From Octopus sinensis (taxonomy: Eukaryota), in assembly GCF_006345805.1 (NCBI RefSeq), contig NC_043002.1, positions 42,036,001 through 42,100,000 of the forward strand: a stretch of 64,000 nucleotides of DNA, read 5' to 3'. The position numbers and the translations under genes were made by a program. Below the pieces are notes generated by a model. The model had not been told where the DNA came from. It ran no database searches and worked only from the letters and a program-made list of their open reading frames with translations. Below, in pieces: positions 26,230-38,419 of the stretch (the stretch's first letter is position 1; every line of letters begins with the position of its first letter).

Positions 26230-26830
26230 ACTGTCCTCTCTATACTGTTTTCTTCGTCCTCCTTATGTAATTTCCTTTTTCTCCTTCTTCCTCCTTCATC
26301 TTTTTCTATCTGTCTCTCTCTCCCTCTCCTTTTCTTTCTCTCTCTCTCTCTCCTGTTGCTCACACGTGACCATCGTCCATCTTTCTTTTCCTCATGTGAC
26401 CATCTTCCTTTCCTGCACGGACATTCAAAAGAGCGGACGTTTTTTTCTCTCTTTCTTCTATCTTTTCTCTTTTCAAAAAATGTTTTTTTACAGCGTTCAC
26501 TATTTTCCTTTCGTTCTGATCTTACGACCCCGCCATGTTTGTTTTCGTTCGGTTTCCTTGTATGTCTCCTCTCATATTTTTGTATCCAACTTTGACCCTT
26601 CATAAATCGTAAATTTCATTTTAGAATTTATGGAAGCAACTGTCTGGGAAGACTCATATTGTCGTTGAATGCTCGAAATGAGGAGTAGATAGCCAGCCGA
26701 CAACTGATGAAAGGTCATTTCTCTGTGTTTTACCAGTCCTGTTTTCCATTTTTTCTCGATATTTACGTATTTAACTCGTTTGTTTACGTATTTCATGTTG
26801 TTTGAACTGTTGGTGACGTCCTGTACCCAT
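26230..26830. mobile_element. Possible Penelope-like element remnant (CT-rich pLTR-like region)
   Basis: CT-rich segment with a duplicated gtgaccatc motif, resembling the architecture at 37545-38120. No ORF. Confidence 0.3.
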
Positions 26831-27429
26831 ATGAGCATATATATATTTGTATGTATGTATGTTTATATATATATATATATATATATACATACATTCTCAT
26901 ATATACAATATTTTCACATCAAAATTAAATATGGATATAATCTGTACTTATATCGCATCCATAATCTAATATTGATTATACTAAAGATATATAAATTTTT
27001 ACCTTGTTGTATATCAGTTGAACTTGCTTATGAATTTTAGCATGCCATTGCAAGCTCTGCTTTTATAATATTCTATTTCATTTCATACTTGCGTCCATAG
27101 TCCAAAAAACTTAGAATGTCCCTTGGTTTCTATTGTTTCTCCTATACGGCAATTAGATGGATTCATAAAATTTATATTCGTCATTTCTGTCTTTCGACAG
27201 TTAATAACCAGAACAATATTGTTTCCTTATTTTATTAAAGTATACAATATTAATCGAATTTCTTATATTGTTTATGTAATCATCACCAATTTGTCAGTAT
27301 AATCTAAATCGGCTGGTATTTTATTATCTGCTTACTGTATGAAACAAGACACTTACCCGCAAAAAAAAAAAAATCTCCATTGCGTAATCTATCACCAACA
27401 GAAAACAGTATACCGCTTTGAACAGCGGT

Positions 27430-27610
27430 TTCTAATTTAGGTACAAGGCTGGAAATTTTGAGGGTAGGGAGTTAGTCGATATCATTGACCTTCGGTCCTT
27501 GGCTATTAAATTATTTATTCGACATCTTAAAGTGGAAAGGCAAAGTTGACTCAGCAGGATTTTGACTCAGACTGTAAAACAAACGGGACACATACTGCAT
27601 GACATTTCTT
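27430..27610 (-). mobile_element. SINE-B, decayed
   Basis: agtcgatatcattgacc, gaaaggcaaagttgactcagcaggattt. Confidence 0.6.
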
Positions 27611-28289
27611 ACTGACTAATAATTGTGTCAGGTGTAGGGATAAGGCCAGTAAATTTAAGGGGAGATTATGTTACGCGATAACAAATTGACTGGTATTCTG
27701 TTCCATCCTCGTGGGGATGAAAGGCTAATTTAACTTTGTCATGATTTGAAGCGAGAAAAGTAAAGAGGCGAAACAAATATAGAAAAGCATTTTCCCGAAA
27801 CACTAACGATCCTGCCAGCTTGCTGCCCTTTTCTCTTTGAATAACAACAGACATGACCTCAAAGGGTGCTCCGAGAGCGCCATCTTCTATGAACTAATGC
27901 ATGGTTTCTTCATGCACTTTAAGTCTTAGGTCTGTTACGACTCTACAGATTCATTAGGTCAGGCCTTATCCCGGTTTCCAAGACATTTACACAAAATTGG
28001 TAAAAACTTATCGAGAAATGGAAGCGTTGTTCCAAGACATACATACATACATACATACATACATACATACATACATACATACATACATACATACATACAT
28101 ACATGATGGCTGCAAACTCGTATTCGAGTTTTGCCATCGCCTGATCGAAAGTCCTACACATGCGAAGGCTACGACCAGCCATTTTTGTGACAGGTCTTAC
28201 TTTTCTTTTCAAGCGATGCCTGTGCATGATAATTCTTTATATTTGCACAAATTCAATCCCACTCTCTGAACATGGCCAACATTAACTCC

Positions 28290-29008
28290 AAAAGAAGAAC
28301 TAGTCTACATCATCGAATATTGTCAGTGTCGCAGGTTTTCTCTCCTAGAGAGATGTTGCGACAACAACAGAGAGGGCCTCCCACTCCAAGTGAGCCAACA
28401 AGGCGCCTGGACACCAACCCAGGTATTTTCATGTCCCCGCGCATACACACATACATACACATGTACATACATACATACTACATGCACACATGTGATTAGC
28501 AGCTATCTAAAAAGGTACTACCTCCCAATGCAACACAACGTTTCGCTAAATCAATATACAATGCCATCTGAAAAAAGAAAACAAACAAAAAAAAAACACA
28601 AAAGACTCCTGGAATAAATATGGAGAACACCCCTGATATTAAGTACGTACACAAATATGAACACAAGGAATACTGGTAGAACATTCCCATCAAAACATGT
28701 CAAGTGTAAGCATAAGGGGCCGGATATTGCTGTTTGGGACAACAAGTAACAGTATATACCATCCCGCTGATGTGAATGTCTCTGAAAATCAAAGAGAAAA
28801 AGGGTAGCTATGATCAACTGCTTTGAAACCTCCAAATTCTATATTCAGATTACAAATTTACATTTCTACCATTAATAATTGTTGCATTTGGTTTCGTGAC
28901 AGTCTGGATAAACTTGGGCTTTCAGAAAAAGAAATCAACCAACTAACTCGCACATTAAAAATACAATCTGTAAGTGAAACAGTAACAATATGCAAAACTC
29001 GTATTTAA
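28290..29008 (+). mobile_element. RLE-type LINE 3' fragment of a different lineage, heavily decayed
   Basis: KHKGPDIAVWDNK, PADVNVS, NLQILYSDYKFTFLPLIIVAFGFV, LDKLGLSEKEINQLTRTLKIQSVSETVTICKTRI*. Left boundary uncertain. Confidence 0.65.
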
Positions 29009-29109
29009 AATGTGATATTGTTTTCGTTATCCACTTTCCAGTGAAGGAGCTTCATATTTTTGTTAGGAACCAGCTTCTTCCTCAGAAGAATTTGAATAAT
29101 TAAAAACAG

Positions 29110-29145
<36 letters not shown>

Positions 29146-29325
29146 GACACACACACTCAATAACACACACACACACACACACAATACTAACGTACGTGTG
29201 TTTATCTATCTATCTATCTATCTAACTTTCTATCTCTCCCTCCCCCTCTCCCTCCCCCTCTCTCTCTATATATATATATTTAGGGAGAGAGATAGAGAAG
29301 AGAAAAAAGATATATACATAATACT

Positions 29326-29378
<53 letters not shown>

Positions 29379-29612
29379 TCTATATATATATATATATATA
29401 TATACAATATATATATATATAGGGGAGTGAGATAGAGAGGGAGAAGATTATTATATATATGTATGTATATATAGAGAGAGAGAGAGAGAAAGAGAGAGAG
29501 ACAAGCGAGAGAAGACAGAAGAGAGAGGCCACAATAAACACACACACACAACCATACACACACAACCATACACACACAACCTTACACACAGTCATACACA
29601 CAGACACGCACA

Positions 29613-29655
<43 letters not shown>

Positions 29656-29704
29656 CCCACACACACACACACACGCACACACACAAAGGTGTGTGCATTA
29701 CTGC

Positions 29705-29830
29705 AAGCTAACGTTCCAGCGAGGTCGACTTTACTTCAGACTCGATAAAATAAGTACCAGTAGGTCACTTGGGTCGACGTAATCGACTTACCTACTTTCT
29801 CGAAATTGCTGGTCAAAATTTGAAAGAATA
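29705..29830 (+). mobile_element. SINE-B 3' part, decayed
   Basis: gaggtcgacttt...gataaaataagtaccag...gggtcgacgtaatcgactt. Confidence 0.65.
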
Positions 29831-29919
29831 GTTATAAATTAACTAATATATAAATATGAAGTATATGAGAGATATTGCACATCTGCTTGCATGTTGTCGC
29901 ATTGACTTATAATATGTAG

Positions 29920-29993
29920 ACATATCGTGTGTGTAAGACATTTGCATGTCTGCACACCCTTTCAGTGAGTTTATATTAGTGTATATATATATA

Positions 29994-30028
<35 letters not shown>

Positions 30029-30869
30029 ATATATATATATATATGTTGTTGTGTGTGTGTGTGTGGTTGATACATGCAGTCGAAATTGCATGCGTGTATG
30101 CATGTATATATGCATGTATGTATGTCCTGTCTCTGTCTGTCTGTCTCTCTCTCTCTCTCTCAATATATATTATATATATGATATATATAATATATATATT
30201 ATATATTTTTAGTAATATTAACGTACGTTACTACATATCTCTGTGCGTGTGTGTATGTGTGCATTAGTGTGTGCGGGTGTTCATGTGCGTGTGTGTATGT
30301 GTGTGCGTGCGTGTTGATACAAGCAGTCGAAATTGCCACGTGTATGCATGTATATATGTCTCTATCTGTCTGTCTGTCTCTCTTTCAATATATATATATT
30401 ATATATATAATATATATATTATATATTTTTAGTAATATTAACGTACGTTACTACATATCTCTGTGCTTGTGTGTATGTGTACATTAGTGTGTGTGTGTGT
30501 GCTCATGTGCGTGTGTGTATGTGTGTGTGTGTGTGTGTGAGAGTGTGTGTGCGTGCGTGCGAGCGTGCGCGCGTCCCTGCTCTCATTTGCGCATGTGTAC
30601 TCCTGGATCTAGGTACGAATGCATATTTTAATATAGGTTGCTTTTACATACATCATACACTATCATATATATGTGTGTGTTCGTGTGTGTGTATAAAATA
30701 TACGTATATATACGTCCACACACAAGTATGCGTTCAAATAGGAATCTGTGTATATATATATACGTATATATATACATACACACACTCACACACATTCATA
30801 GATAGATGTATATATACATACATACGCACATACACACACGCACTCACAAACATAATACACACACGCACT

Positions 30870-30917
<48 letters not shown>

Positions 30918-31256
30918 CACACACCACACACTCACTCATCTCGTATACATGCAATTCATTCTTAGACAATAGATTCCTCTTGCTCTCGGCGTCGCACGTG
31001 TTGCCCCGAGGATAACATAGCAAGCAACACGACCAGCGTTAAGGATGGCTGTAGGGTGCACGACAATTAACTGGTCTTGCTCACGGACATGAAGTAGAAA
31101 GCCTGCGGCTGGATACGAACTCTTGGCTATACAATTTACTTCGGCTAATAAATGCGATCGGGCATGTAATATGTATACATATCGTGTGTGTAGTACATTT
31201 GCATGTCCGTACGTTCTTTCAGTGAGTTTATATTAGTGCGTGCGTGTGTGTGTGTG

Positions 31257-31308
<52 letters not shown>

Positions 31309-31500
31309 TATATATATATATATATCTGTGTGTGCATCTTGATACATGCAGTCGAAATTGCATGCGTGTATACATGTATATATGCATGTATGTATGTGTC
31401 TCTCTGTCTGTTTATCTGTCTCTCTTTCTCTCTCTCCTCTCTCTCTCTCCTCTCTCTCTCTATATATATATCTATATATATATATATGGTATATATATAT
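29920..31500 (+). repeat. Local duplications of a microsatellite-laced unit
   Basis: gatac(at/aa)gcagtcgaaattgc occurs at about 30070, 30317 and 31341. tttagtaatattaacgtacgttactacatatctctgtg occurs at about 30208 and 30428. tttcagtgagtttatattagtg occurs at about 29960 and 31218. Confidence 0.85.
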
Positions 31501-31544
31501 TATATATAGGATAGATATAGAGAGAGAGAGAGAGAGATAGATAG

Positions 31545-31613
<69 letters not shown>

Positions 31614-31705
31614 GAAAAGAGAAAAAAAGAGAATGAGACAGCGCGTTGTCAAGTAAATTACATGGATGTGTGTGTGTATATAGGCGTGTGTGAACGAGAG
31701 CTAGA

Positions 31706-31743
<38 letters not shown>

Positions 31744-32332
31744 CATATACAAATATATACATACACGTGTATGTATGCATGAATGTATGTATATGTGTGT
31801 GCATGCGTGTATGTATGTATTTACCTATGTATGTACACTTGCATGTATGCATATATTGTTATGTGTTAGTGTGTGCTTATACCTGTGTACGTGTGGGTGT
31901 TCAAGCATATCTGTGTACTTGAACCTACGTACTATGTTTATATACGTACATTTCTCTTTCACTCCCTTCCCCCTCTAACGCTCTCTGTGTATGTATGTGT
32001 GCATGTGTGTATGTGTGTGCATGTGTATATGTGTGTGTGCATGTGTCAATGTGTGTGTATATGTACGTGTGCATATCTGTGTGTGTTTATGCGTATGTAT
32101 GTGAGTGCCTCATAACTCTTGCTCGTTATATCTATTATAACCCTTGCTACTTAGTTTAGCCGGAACTGTGTTATAGGAAGAAATCTGCCACCTCTTCCTC
32201 GCGGTGAAGAGTCTACGATCCGGTTTCAATTCTCTGCTGCATTACCTTCAGTTCATTTTTCTTCTTTATAACCGTAAATAAATAATTAGCAACAACAATA
32301 ACAAAAATAACAACAAACAAAAGAATTACTAT

Positions 32333-32746
32333 AGGCGCAGGAGTGGCTGTGTGGTGATAGCTTGCTAACCAACCACATGGTTCCGGGTTCAGTCCCACTG
32401 CGTGGCATCTTCGGCAATTGTCTTCTGCTATAGCCCCGGGCCGACCAATGCCCTGTGAGTGGATTTGGTAGACGGAAACTGAAAGAAGCCTGTCGTATAT
32501 ATGTATATGTATGTGTGTGTGTGTGTTTGTGTGTCTGTGTTTTTCCCCCCTAGCATTGCTTGACAACAGATGCTGGTGTGTTTACGTCCCCGTAACTTAG
32601 CGGTTCGGCAAAAGAGACCGATAGGATAAGTACTGGGCTTACAAAGAATAAGTCCCGGGGTCGATTTGCTCGACTAAAGGCGGTGCTCCAGCATGGACGC
32701 AGTCAAATGACTGAAACAAGTAAAAGAGTAAAAAAGAGAAAAGAGT
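32333..32746 (+). mobile_element. SINE-A, full length, young
   Basis: aggcgcaggagtggctgtgtgg A-box, ggttcagtcc B-box, complete body and tail. Confidence 0.95.
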
Positions 32747-32979
32747 ATAGACGTCATACAGTTTAACTTGGATGTTCTCCGCCTGTCTATGTTTGTGTCT
32801 CTGAATCCACACTGAAAGTCGATAACATTTATTAACCTTCGGATGCTATTAGATATGAAACGATATAAACAACACACGCAGATCACAGAGAGAGAGAGAG
32901 AGAGAAGAGAGAACGAGAGAGAGAGAGAAGAGGAGAGGAGAGGCATATATATAGGTAGGTATAATGTGTTTATATATAT

Positions 32980-33015
<36 letters not shown>

Positions 33016-33036
33016 ATATGTATACATATATACATA

Positions 33037-33083
<47 letters not shown>

Positions 33084-33133
33084 GTACATATATAAATACT
33101 ATCTATATATATATGTATACATATATATATACA

Positions 33134-33526
33134 CTAGCAGTATCGCCCGGCGTTGCTCGGGTTTGTAGGGAAATAATATATAAGCATTTTTAGAGATGTA
33201 AAGTATAATAGCCATCTCAATATGGCTAACCACAAAGGGGGAGGGTGTTACTGTAGCTTTTTACGTTCTGAGATTTATAATAAAAATTTTAGAGAGTTAC
33301 TTCCCTTATATATGTCAAAAATGGATTAAAAATGGGAAAAATTGATGGTAAATTTTTTTTTAAATCGTAGACTCATCGTAGATGCGCGCTAATACCCAGA
33401 CGGTCTCGATATGAATCACGACTATAAGATACCCGTTTTTGGTTAAACTGCACCGCAAAATGTGGGAGTAGTTAGGAATCTAAATCGTAGGAGACAGACA
33501 CACAACCTCACTTTTATATATAAAGA
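33134..33526 (-). mobile_element. Non-autonomous Helitron family A, copy 1 (393 bp)
   Basis: Minus strand A|TCTTTATATATAAAAG ... cccgagcaacgccggg hairpin ... CTAG|T. Confidence 0.9.
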
Positions 33527-33631
33527 TTTCCTCTATTTACATATATTGAGGTCTCTTTCTTTCTTTTGTTATCTTACTGTTTTTACCAATATACATATAT
33601 ATATATATATATAAATATATATATAGTTACA

Positions 33632-33951
33632 GAGATGTACTTGCATAGCAAGTGACTTGATCTGAGATCGTGTGCTGGAACGAAAACAGTTGCAGCGTTG
33701 AAGGTGTTTATAAGCCATTTAAGAAACACACAAAAACCGTTAGATTCACTTCAACATTTAAATTTAATTGTCAAATACTTTCGTCGCTTTGAGACCGCGA
33801 CCTGTAGCACGCACGATATTTTTGTCAGTGAACAGGTCGCGGTCTCAAAGCGACGAAAATATTTTGGCAAATTAAATTTAAATGTTGAAGTGAATGTAAC
33901 GGTTTTTGTGTGTTTTTCTTAAATGGCTTACAAACACCTTCCAGGCTGCAA
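33632..33951. repeat. Asymmetric inverted duplication (about 116-bp arms, 26-nt spacer), possibly Penelope-type
   Basis: 33690-33805 is the reverse complement of 33832-33951. The left arm carries an extra about 60 bp. TA microsatellites flank both sides. Confidence 0.8.
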
Positions 33952-33968
33952 TATATATATACACACAC

Positions 33969-34000
<32 letters not shown>

Positions 34001-34029
34001 GTGTGTATATGTGTATGCATGTATGTGTG

Positions 34030-34250
34030 TGTGTGTGCGTGTCTGTGCTTGTGATTGTCCTCCACCACTGCTTGACAACGAATGTTGGTTTGTTTACATC
34101 CCTGTCACCTAGTGGTTTGACAAAGGAACAGATAGAATAAGTACAATGCTTACAAAAATAAACTTGTTGATTCATTAAACTACAATTCTTCAAGGCATTG
34201 CTCCAGCATGGCCACAGACCAATGGCTGAAAAAGCAGAAGAATAAAAGAA
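34030..34250 (+). mobile_element. SINE-A 3' half, old
   Basis: cttgacaacgaatgttgg...gatagaataagtac...ctccagcatggccacag. Confidence 0.75.
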
Positions 34251-34310
34251 TACATTCTCTGCTTTGGTCTTATGTTCAAGGCATGAGAAAGCTTGAGTTT
34301 ACATGAGAAG

Positions 34311-34800
34311 GCCTAACAGACCTGGTAGAAACAGCAGCCAAATCTCTCTCAAATCACACTTACTGTCTTATGTATGTATATATATATGAGCCAATGAGGG
34401 GGACCTCTACATGGTAGCTAGACCTGGTAGAAATAGCAGCCAAATTTCCCCCAAATCACACCTTACTGTCTTATCTATGTATATATGTATGTATGAGCCT
34501 ATGAGGGAGACCCCTACATGGCAGCTAGATCTGGTAGAAATAGCAGCCAAATTTCCCCCAAATCACACCTTACTGTCTTATCAATGTATATATGTATGTA
34601 TGCGCCTATGAGGGAGACCCCTACATGGCAGCTAGATCTGGTAGAAATAGCAGCCAAATTTCCCCCAAATCACACCTTACTGTCTTATCTATGTATATAT
34701 GTATGTATGAGCCTATGAGGGAGACCCCTACATGGCAGCTAGACATGGTAGAAATAGCAGCCAAATCTCCCTCAAATCACACCTTACTGTCTTATCTTTC
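34311..34800 (+). repeat. 107-bp tandem repeat, about 4.6 copies
   Basis: Units start at about 34388, 34495, 34602 and 34709 (gagcctatgagggagacccctacatggcagctagatctggtagaaatagcagccaaat...ttactgtctta plus a TATG linker). Confidence 0.95.
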
Positions 34801-34860
34801 TGCTACTTGGATATAGGTGTTATATTCGTCGTAAAAAACTTTCCTGTCACACACTCACGC

Positions 34861-34898
<38 letters not shown>

Positions 34899-35044
34899 CC
34901 TCACACACACACACACACCCACTCACACACACGCACGTTAGCTTACAATTTTATTTATATATTTGCGTGTCTATGTGTTGAAAGAGGAAGTGGGAGGCAG
35001 AGTGAAAGAATCACTCACTACAGTAAGTCAATTACTTTCATTTT

Positions 35045-35297
35045 ATTCGTTGCCCACTGTGTGTGTGCGTTTGCGTGTGCTGTAACCAGACTAAGAAAAG
35101 CATTGATTGACACACACACCAGAATGTGAGTTTTCTGTAAATTTTGCTTAATTGGAGTTTAAATTTTAAAAACTGGACCTGGCATGACGCGATGCATTGT
35201 ACTCTTAAAAATGCAAGGTAATTGTAATTGAAATCCTATATTGTAGATTTGTATAACTCCAAAGGGAGGCAGATAAAATCTGCCTTTTATAATAAGA
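35045..35297 (-). mobile_element. Non-autonomous Helitron family B, 5' portion, copy 1
   Basis: Minus strand TCTTATTATAAAAGGCAGATTTTATCTGCCTCCC. Homologous to 36495-36753. Confidence 0.75.
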
Positions 35298-35692
35298 CTA
35301 GCAGTATCGCCCGGCGTTGCTCGGGTTTGTAAGGGAAATAACTATATAAGCATTTTTAGAGAGTTATAGCCAAAAAATAGGAAAAAATGCATTAAAAATG
35401 GAAAAAAATTAAGGTAAATTTCTTTTTAAATCGTTGACACATCGTAGATATTTTTAGAGAGTTACTTCCCTTATATAATAGCGAAAAAAATGCATTAAAA
35501 TGGAAAAATATGATGGTAAATTTTTTTAAATCGTAGACTCATCGTAGACGCGCGCTAATACCCAGAAGGGCTCGATATGACTCACGACTATAAGATACCC
35601 GGTTTTGGTTACACTGCACCGCAAAATGTGGGAGTAGTTAGGAATCTAAATCGTAGGAGACAGACACACAACTTCACTCTTATATATAAAGA
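35298..35692 (-). mobile_element. Non-autonomous Helitron family A, copy 2 (395 bp)
   Basis: Same TC / hairpin / CTAG termini as 33134-33526. Confidence 0.9.
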
Positions 35693-35804
35693 TATAAGTC
35701 ACGTAGTTATATACATATACATTGTTATATACACATTCTTAAAAGAAAATGTTATTTTGAATACAACATTTATAAAGAATAAAATATTTTTTGGTTTTTC
35801 TTAA

Positions 35805-36445
35805 CCCTTTCGTTACTATATTTCTGACCAAAATACACCCATTATGTGTTTCAATTAATTTCTACCGTAATCATAAATTTAGTCTGGTTTCATTAAACAA
35901 CAATAACTTTTTTATTTATCAATATATTAACGTGAATTTTGGAAGATAATTTAATGAAATGTCCTCAACCAATTCTATACTATAATTTTTGTCACAAAGT
36001 GACTATAATTGCAGGTAGATACAGGTAAATTCAACAATATATAAAATTATTAAAATTTTGTTCAAACATCGCTATAGAAAATGGGTTATTAGCTAATATT
36101 CAATTGGGTATACAACAAAATTTTACAATAGAATTTGTTATTCTGGGTAACTGGCAAAATAGGCCTTAATTTCATTTAAGGTTGTGGGAAATAACAAACT
36201 ATCCTTTCTTTCGTTTTGTTTACGTTTAGCGTAACGTTTCGTTTCTGCCGTAATGATTTCAAATGGGCTCATTCGAAAAAGTAAATAGAAATAGTCTAAG
36301 GCTTTACTCTTCTGGGAAAGTCTGTGGCTTGGTGCAGTTTCTTCAGAAAAATCACCGAAAGAAACAGTTTTTAAATTTTCACTCCATTCAGGTACCAATT
36401 CGTTTTCTTTATCGCTGTCGGATTCACTGTTTTCACTTTAATAGC
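35805..36445 (-). mobile_element. piggyBac deletion derivative with transposase N-terminal remnant
   Basis: TTAA|CCCTTTCG end at 35801-35812. Minus-strand SENSESDSDKENELVPEW...ALDYFYLLF...IITAETKRYA...PTTLNEIKAYF resembles the PGBD-family N-terminus. Confidence 0.75.
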
Positions 36446-36494
36446 TGCAAACTTGCAAAGACAAAGGAGGAGAAGGGTGATAGCGTTAGTGAAA

Positions 36495-36753
36495 CAATTC
36501 GCTCCCTTTGTGTGTGTGTGCGTTTGCGTGTGGTGTAAACCACATTAAGAAAAACATTTGACATACACACCAGAATGTGAGTTTTCTGTAAATTTTGCTT
36601 AATTGGAGTTTAAATTTTAAAAACTGGACCTGGCATGACCCGATGCATTCTACTCTTAAAAATGTTAGGTAAATTGTAATTGAAGAAATCCTATATTGTA
36701 GATTTCTATAAGTTACAAAGGGAGGCAGATAAAATCTGCCTTTTATAATAAGA
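36495..36753 (-). mobile_element. Non-autonomous Helitron family B, 5' portion, copy 2
   Basis: A|TCTTATTATAAAAGGCAG end at 36753, inserted at a TA tract. Confidence 0.75.
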
Positions 36754-37544
36754 TATATATATATATATCTATATATATATATATATAATATATATATTAT
36801 ATATATATATATTATATATATATATATCCAGGGTGTGTGTGTGTGTGTGTATGTGTTGATACACACATATGTATACACGCTACATACTACATAATACATG
36901 CATATGTTTGTGTTCTTTGGATTTTATTAGAAATCAGTTTTATTCTTCGAAATTTTCGATCTGCAATTTAATTATGCCACATGAAATTCAATATTTATTC
37001 CACATTATGTGTTACCATTCTATATACTTAAAGGCCAGACTCTTCTCTTCTGTGTATATCATCATTTAAATTTGTATCGATTCAAATTTCAGAGTTCTTT
37101 CTCTTATTTTCTTTCCAAGCATCGTCATTAATACTAATGCGTTGCTTTTCTTCTCATTACGAGAATATTTGGTAGGAATTCGCTGAGAAGCTCTAATAAT
37201 TCGAAAACATATCCAGAATTATTATTGTAAATTATTGAAGATTAGGCTCATTCCCGTGTATATGTCTCCATTAAATTTCTGATTAACTTAAATTTCGGAG
37301 TTGTCCCCCTTACCTTTATTGACAAGAATTCTCAAGAACCCTAATGATTTTATTTCTCTCTACAGGTGTAATTTCAATTTATTAAAATTATCTTTTGACT
37401 AACTAAAAGTAATATGTTGGCTCATGTACAACTGTAACATTACTAAAGAGTGGATTTCTATATGGTTCCTCGATCTGCTAGAAATATGAGCGAAATCTTC
37501 CTCAACTCTTGCACTATTGTTATACAAGGTTTTGATAATTTTAA

Positions 37545-38120
37545 GTATTAAGGTGCACCGATGACTGAATCAATTGGCTGGATAGACATAAGCGGTCTGT
37601 CCATACTACTCAACACACGCTGGCACGCTACATACGCCCCCACCCCTTCCCCTCCCTCCCTTCCTCCTTCCTTCTTTTTCTTACTACTGACCTCCCTTCC
37701 TCCTTCCTTCTTTTTCTTACTACCGACCTTGTCTGCTAGCTGACCACTAGTCTCGCCCTACCTCACACGCCTACACACTGACGCACACACTAACACACAC
37801 ATATATTTTTTTGTTTCTTCATCTCGCCTCACACACACACATACACACACGCACACGCACACACTCACACATACACACACATCTGTTGGGTTACCAACCT
37901 TGTCTCCACTCTTTTGCCTTTAAAAACCCACTTTGCTCTTGTTATCGTCAACATCCGCCTTTCACCATGTGCAACTCGTAAACACCAGTCGTCTTTTTTC
38001 TCTTTCCCTGTTGCCCGCTCTGGGATCTTTCTTTCCTCTCTCTTCTTTCTTTATGTTTCCGACGAAGAGCTCCGCTCGAAACGTCATACCTCCCTGCTTC
38101 CATTTCCTGAGCGCCTATTA
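37545..38120 (+). mobile_element. Penelope-like element pLTR/3' remnant
   Basis: CT- and CA-rich segment ending in the gacgaagagc...gctcgaaacgtc motif characteristic of PLE termini. No RT or GIY-YIG ORF seen. Confidence 0.55.
38055..38089 (+). ncRNA. Minimal hammerhead-ribozyme-like motif (variant core)
   Basis: gttt-CCGACGA-a-GAGC-tcc-GCTC-GAAA-C-GTC-atac: U4C core variant, 4-bp stem II, minimal stem III, imperfect stem I. Confidence 0.45.
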
Positions 38121-38184
38121 ATAATAATACTGTAATTGTTCCTGTTGTTGTTGTTTTTTTTGTTTCCCGTTTGGATTAAAATTA

Positions 38185-38190
38185 TATATA

Positions 38191-38265
<75 letters not shown>

Positions 38266-38368
38266 CCCATGTGCGTATAATTTTGTACATAGATATTAAC
38301 ACTGATACATGAATAGTTACATACAGTTAGAAAGAAAGAAAGAAAGATAGATAGACAGATAGATAGAT

Positions 38369-38419
<51 letters not shown>

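Noticed and set aside
26660-26720. Type II hammerhead (ctcGAAA...CTGATGAaagg)
   Set aside because: Could not form stem III with an NUH site, or a G-C closed stem II.
27900-28227. CR1-like RT fragment on the minus strand (MAGRSLRMCRTFD...KLEY) split by (TACA)n
   Set aside because: Similarity is marginal and not supported on both sides of the SSR.
33825-33862. Hammerhead at gtcgc...gcgac-GAAA
   Set aside because: The upstream box is gtgaacag, not CUGAnGA.
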